NCBI GenBank assembly: GCA_965207225.1
Contig: CBDBLV010000002.1
Location: forward strand, 224,001 to 288,000
Source: Dehalococcoidia bacterium
GTDB taxonomy: Bacteria; Chloroflexota; Dehalococcoidia; Plut-88900
Length of the DNA: 64,000 nt
Reading direction: 5' to 3'
Part shown: positions 59,707 through 64,000 of the stretch, piece by piece
How positions within the stretch are numbered: position 1 is the first letter of the stretch
Layout of the letters: every line of letters begins with the position of its first letter
Translations under genes and position numbers: made by a program
Notes under the pieces: model-generated
Seen by the model: only the letters and a program-made list of their open reading frames with translations
What the model was told of the DNA's origin: nothing
Database searches by the model: none

Positions 59707-60896
59707 AGGCAGCCTACTTCAACTGCATAGGGGGCGTCAGCGGCGACATGGTGCTCGGCGCGCTGGTGGATGCCGGAGTCTCCATCGACTCCCTCCGAGA
59801 CGAACTCTCCAAACTATCCCTCCATTGCTACGAGATCGCCTCCTCCCCCGACACACGCGCCGCCATCTCCGGCACCCGGGTCACCGTCACCACGGGAGTC
59901 GATCCTCAGCCTCGCCGCAGCCTGACCGACATTCTTTCCCTTATAGATGGGAGCGGCCTGCCGACTCCCGTGCAAAAGAACGCCAGCGATATCTTCAACC
60001 GGCTGGCACAGGCCGAGTCTCGCGTCCACGGAGTCCCCGCTGACCAGGTCCATTTCCACGAAGTTGGCGCGGTAGATGCAATCGTGGACATAGTGGGGGC
60101 TGCTTGCGGGCTTCACCTGCTGGGTGTGGAAAGGGTCTACTGCTCCGCGATTCCCCCTGGCAGCGGAACGGTGAAGTCGGAGCATGGCAGGCTCCCAGTC
60201 CCCGCCCCCGCCACCTTAGAGCTCATGGCTCTCGCCGGCGCCCCCTTCGCCGCCGCCTCCCCCCACGCCCCTGCCACGGAGCTTTCCACACCTACGGGCG
60301 TCTCCATCATGACCACCCTTGCCGAGTTCACGCAACCGGAGCTGCGAGTCCATTCAACCGGCCACGGAATCGGACAGAAGGACATGGGAGAGTATCCCAA
60401 CGTGCTCGGCCTGTGGATCGGTGAAATCCAGTCCTCCTTCGCCGTCCGACCCCTCGTTGTCATCGAGACCAACATCGACGACATGAATCCCGAAATCTAC
60501 CCCTACCTGATGGACCGTCTCTTCGAGCTCGGGGCCCGGGACGCCTGGCTCAGGCCAATCCTGATGAAAAAGGGCCGGCCCGCTCACACGCTCAGCGTTC
60601 TCGCTAACCCGGAGGACCAACAGGCGATAGTGGACAAACTCATAGAAGAGACTTCCACCCTTGGGGTCAGGGTCTCGCAGGTCATGCGCCACGAGGCCCA
60701 GCGTCGGGTCGAAGAAGTGGAAACCAGCCTCGGGCCCGTGAGGGTGAAGCTGAAGCTCCGGGACGGCAGTCCCGTCTCCCTTGCCCCCGAATACGAAGAC
60801 TGCGCTGCGATTGCGTCCAGGTCGGGGCTTCCTCTGAGGGACGTTTACCGCGTTGTGACGGAAGAGGCTTCCCGACGCCTCATTTCGCCCTCATAA
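59703..60896 (+). CDS. larC: nickel-pincer cofactor nickel insertase LarC
   Basis: GVSGDM.LGAL, VHFHEVGAVD.IVD, HG.LPVPAPAT, ETNIDD, MKKGRP, PEYEDC. Confidence 0.95.
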   Translation: MKAAYFNCIGGVSGDMVLGALVDAGVSIDSLRDELSKLSLHCYEIASSPDTRAAISGTRVTVTTGVDPQPRRSLTDILSLIDGSGLPTPVQKNASDIFNRLAQAESRVHGVPADQVHFHEVGAVDAIVDIVGAACGLHLLGVERVYCSAIPPGSGTVKSEHGRLPVPAPATLELMALAGAPFAAASPHAPATELSTPTGVSIMTTLAEFTQPELRVHSTGHGIGQKDMGEYPNVLGLWIGEIQSSFAVRPLVVIETNIDDMNPEIYPYLMDRLFELGARDAWLRPILMKKGRPAHTLSVLANPEDQQAIVDKLIEETSTLGVRVSQVMRHEAQRRVEEVETSLGPVRVKLKLRDGSPVSLAPEYEDCAAIASRSGLPLRDVYRVVTEEASRRLISPS

Positions 60897-60991
60897 AGCA
60901 TCCCCGGTTCCTGGCGATAAACCCGTAAACCCTGACTCCCAGGAACCGCGCCCCGGGCAGCCAGAGAAGCGGTGCAACCGGCATGAGGGGA

Positions 60992-62879
60992 CCCAAATCC
61001 ACCGCCTAAAGGTAGGAATCTGATTTTCTGACCTTTCGGTTGGGCCGGTGGGGGCGTCGATTGGCTACTGACAGGGTTAGCAGTGGTTTGGCGGGGCCGA
61101 TGGTGGACGTATGAGGGTCTTGGGGTGCTGCTTTACGATGTTTTGCGTCGATTTTGAGCCGTTTGGCCTCGTAGGAGGACGCAGCGTCCCTACGACGGTT
61201 ATCCACGTCGCTTGACCGATAGGCTGTGGCGCGGACCGTCTCAGATTCAGGGAGGGCCGTGAGCCAGCGCCGCTATTCTCCGGTGTGCCCCGACCAGCAG
61301 CGGGAACGATGGATGACCTCGCGCCAGTCGGATCAGCAGCTTCCTGGCATGGTAGACCACTCGACCGGCAAGGTCGATCAGAGCGAAGCGCACCGCCTTG
61401 AGCCGCTTGGTCACCCACTCATCACCCAGCGCCAACTGCTTGACCGCCGAGTTCAGGTTGAACGCCAGCACCGTTATCGCCCACCACGCTGCGTTGGCTC
61501 CGAACTGTCCCGACGGCAGTCTCCCGCCCGCCAGGTCCTCCTTCAGCACACTATGGACCTCCTCGCCTTTCCCGCATCTCTCACGGTACCACCGCACAAC
61601 CTCGTCTCCCGGAAGCTCCCGGTTCGTCACTATCCCGCTGATCTTGTACCAGCCGTGGTTCGGCATCTGCATGACCGGAACCGACAGCTCAAACTCACTC
61701 TCCATGCCCGGTAGCGGCGGTCGCCTCAGAGGTTCTCTGACGGCTATGAAACGGTAGGCGGGACCCTCCTTGTAGCGACCTAATCGACTGGACATGAAGC
61801 CCACCTCGGCCCACTCCTGCCCCGTCTCCACCTCGAACTCCCCCATCATCCGGGGCAACTGACGCCACTCGCTCTCTTCCACCAGCGCCGCCTCATGCTT
61901 GAACTCGTCCGTGACGCGTACCCCAATCGCGAACTCGATCACTCCGAACCGTTCGTCTCTCCCCTCGGCGCAGTACTCCAGAAGATCGTTCTGGTAGCCT
62001 GCCGTGTCGGACCGCAGCATCACCCGCTCCACTCCCTCGGGTACGCACTCCAACGCGTCTCGCAACACTCGTAGCTGCTCAAATCCCGCAGGAACGTTGC
62101 CGTCTCTGAACTCCGAGTGGACGACCAGGTCCGCCTCGGCCCAGTATGTCGTTAGCGGCTGATAGGCTTTGAATCCCTTGTAGCAGTAGAGCGCCTCCTG
62201 CTTGTGAGTCTCGACCAGCGTCGCGTCCATATCCAGTGTCGCCTGCCTATGCCCGACGTGGCCCTGGACAAAGCCCACCATCTCGGCGTTGACCTTCCCA
62301 AGTCCGTCCAGCGCGTCGTTGGCCTGGGGTATGAACGCCGTATGAGGCTGCCTCGCCTCCTCCTGGGATGCGTCGTGGAACTGGCTCAGATACCGGAACA
62401 CCGCCGATGGAGACGGCACATAGCGGTGTCGGTCACGCCGCCACCGGTTGCGCACCGCCCTGCGCTCCGAAGCTCGCTGCCGGTGGGTCTCCACCCTTCC
62501 CAACATCCGGCCAAGGCCCTCGTCCGCCTCCAGCACGCGAAGGTCGTCCACCCCTTCGCCGCCCGCCAGGTTCAACAGCGTCAGTGAGGTGACCATCTGA
62601 CGGTCCGTCCAACCCTGGCCTCCCTCTCTGACCCTCACGTGGCGTCTGATCGACTCGCCAAGGCCGATTGCCTCGGCCATCTCCAGGTAGACTGCCAACC
62701 CCGATAGCGCCGTCATGCCCCCGATGCGGTTCTCTGCCCTGTACTGGAACGGTAGGACTCCATGTTGCATAATAACTGCACCTCGTTGGTGATGGTTTGG
62801 GATTGTCACTTACCATCTTAGTCAGCTTTGCAGCCGACTCCAACGAGGTATTCTCATTCAATTAGGCGGTGGATTTGGG
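60992..62879 (-). mobile_element. IS1380-family insertion sequence, 1888 bp
   Basis: Perfect 18-bp terminal IRs CCCAAATCCACCGCCTAA (60992-61009; 62862-62879); 5-bp TSD GGGGA (60987-60991; 62880-62884). Confidence 0.93.
61247..62770 (-). CDS. IS1380-family DDE transposase
   Basis: LDMDAT, Y.PL, RDGN, LRSDTAGY, Y..R...E....LK, LPS..F.AN.AW. Confidence 0.92.
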   Translation of the reverse strand: MQHGVLPFQYRAENRIGGMTALSGLAVYLEMAEAIGLGESIRRHVRVREGGQGWTDRQMVTSLTLLNLAGGEGVDDLRVLEADEGLGRMLGRVETHRQRASERRAVRNRWRRDRHRYVPSPSAVFRYLSQFHDASQEEARQPHTAFIPQANDALDGLGKVNAEMVGFVQGHVGHRQATLDMDATLVETHKQEALYCYKGFKAYQPLTTYWAEADLVVHSEFRDGNVPAGFEQLRVLRDALECVPEGVERVMLRSDTAGYQNDLLEYCAEGRDERFGVIEFAIGVRVTDEFKHEAALVEESEWRQLPRMMGEFEVETGQEWAEVGFMSSRLGRYKEGPAYRFIAVREPLRRPPLPGMESEFELSVPVMQMPNHGWYKISGIVTNRELPGDEVVRWYRERCGKGEEVHSVLKEDLAGGRLPSGQFGANAAWWAITVLAFNLNSAVKQLALGDEWVTKRLKAVRFALIDLAGRVVYHARKLLIRLARGHPSFPLLVGAHRRIAALAHGPP

Positions 62880-63155
62880 GGGGAGGCAGCAGCAACGACA
62901 ACCGCCTCACCGCAAAGAAACCACCGTGCAATCGACCCTCCTCTTCCTGCAGGTACATCGCCGCGTCAAGGTCCCGAGGTGTAAGTCCGTCGGGCAGAGC
63001 TTCCAGCTCTTGCCACGGTACCCATTGCACCCGACCCAGCCAGTCCGCCCTGGACATCCACTTCACCGCTCCCCTGCACAAAGGGCAGTTGCCGTCGTAC
63101 AGCACCGTGGCCCGAGGCCCAGTCATATTTCCTTTGCCCAAGACACCCCCCAGCC

Positions 63156-63185
63156 TTGACTTTTCGTACGGCAATTTCCTATACT
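63156..63185 (+). promoter_or_regulatory. promoter of the tRNA-tuf operon
   Basis: TTGACT-N18-TATACT. Confidence 0.6.
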
Positions 63186-63335
63186 GAATCCACGACTTTA
63201 GGGATTCTCTTATCGTACCTTCTGCGGGCCCCTCGTAGGAGGTACTTTCGAGTCTGGGACATTGTATATCGGGCGCTCTGTCCTTAAAGGAGCGCCCAGG
63301 TAAATGGAGCAGGGAGGCAAGACCCGTATCCTTCT

Positions 63336-63411
63336 GCCCGAGTGGCGCAATGGCAGCGCAGCCGATTTGTAATCGGCAGGTTGGCGGGTTCGAATCCCCT
63401 CTCGGGCTCCA
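63336..63411 (+). tRNA. tRNA-Thr(TGT)
   Basis: GCCCGAG/CTCGGGC acceptor stem, GCCGA-TTTGTAA-TCGGC anticodon arm, TTCGAAT loop, encoded CCA. Confidence 0.93.
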
Positions 63412-63479
63412 GCTAACCAACCCGGTGCTCGGAATCAATCATTCATTAATTTATCACCACACAGTTCGAAGGGACTTTT

Positions 63480-63565
63480 GGAGGGGTGGGTGAGTGGTTA
63501 AAACCGGCGGTCTGTAAAATCGCTGCCGAAAGGCTACGCAGGTTCGAATCCTGCCCCCTCCACCA
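63480..63565 (+). tRNA. tRNA-Tyr(GTA)
   Basis: GGAGGGG/CCCCTCC acceptor stem, CTGTAAA loop, long variable arm, encoded CCA. Confidence 0.95.
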
Positions 63566-63606
63566 TCAAAACAGCCTATAATATCGTGAAAGGAACAATT
63601 CAGTAG

Positions 63607-63681
63607 GCCCACATAGCTCAGTGGCAGAGCACGTTCTTGGTAAGAACGGGGTCACCGGTTCAAATCCGGTTGTGGGCTCCA
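63607..63681 (+). tRNA. tRNA-Thr(GGT)
   Basis: GCCCACA/TGTGGGC acceptor stem, TTGGTAA loop, TTCAAAT loop, encoded CCA. Confidence 0.95.
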
Positions 63682-63700
63682 TTACAGGAGAGTCGAAAGC

Positions 63701-64000
<300 letters not shown>

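Larger units (their letters stand above)
60880..63126 (-). pseudogene. DCC1/DUF393 thiol-disulfide oxidoreductase interrupted by an IS (N-part 63126-62880, C-part 60991-60880)
   Basis: VLYDGNCPLC (DxxCxxC) N-part; removing the IS and one TSD restores ..LLLPPLMPVAPLLWLPGARFLGVRVYGFIARNR..stop in frame. Confidence 0.9.

Noticed and set aside
63127-63438. Long N-terminus of the DCC ORF
   Set aside because: Antisense to tRNA-Thr and its promoter; ATG 63126 has an AAAGGA SD
63566-63606. Missing tRNA-Gly in the Thr-Tyr-(Gly)-Thr-tuf cluster
   Set aside because: Cluster content varies among phyla and no remnant is visible

Overview
High-GC bacterial chromosome segment. Gene content (several LLM flavin/F420-type oxidoreductases, amidohydrolase, CoA-transferase III, hydantoinase, short RpsA, HrcA/CIRCE, Thr-Tyr-Thr-tuf) suggests Chloroflexota, probably Dehalococcoidia/SAR202-like; this is inference. 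It holds about 55 genes: catabolic enzymes, two toxin-antitoxin pairs, hrcA-grpE-dnaJ-prmA (no dnaK), plsY/der/argF, a 2-oxoacid/acetoin dehydrogenase E1a-E1b-E2 operon, thiol dioxygenase plus rhodanese, a sulfite/nitrite reductase, ABC modules, purA, dapA-asd-dapB-pnp-rpsO, rpsA-clpC-radA-larE-MTase-larC, three tRNAs and the start of tuf. Highlights: (1) an unannotated Cys-rich leader peptide (MIIKIHLDHCSCTCRL, 31957-32007) inside a complete 1:2/2:3/3:4 attenuator upstream of the reductase, i.e. a candidate cysteine-sensing transcription attenuator; (2) two related palindrome-rich intergenic islands (29.6-31.8 kb and 51.3-52.6 kb) with the same module order, perfect 18-19 bp hairpins whose sequence differs between copies, and helically phased TTCAATCAA repeats; (3) an intact IS1380-family element with 18-bp IRs and a 5-bp TSD splitting a DCC/DUF393 gene; (4) a 1-nt frameshift in der, probably an assembly error. 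All calls come from reading motifs by eye; no database searches or folding programs were run.
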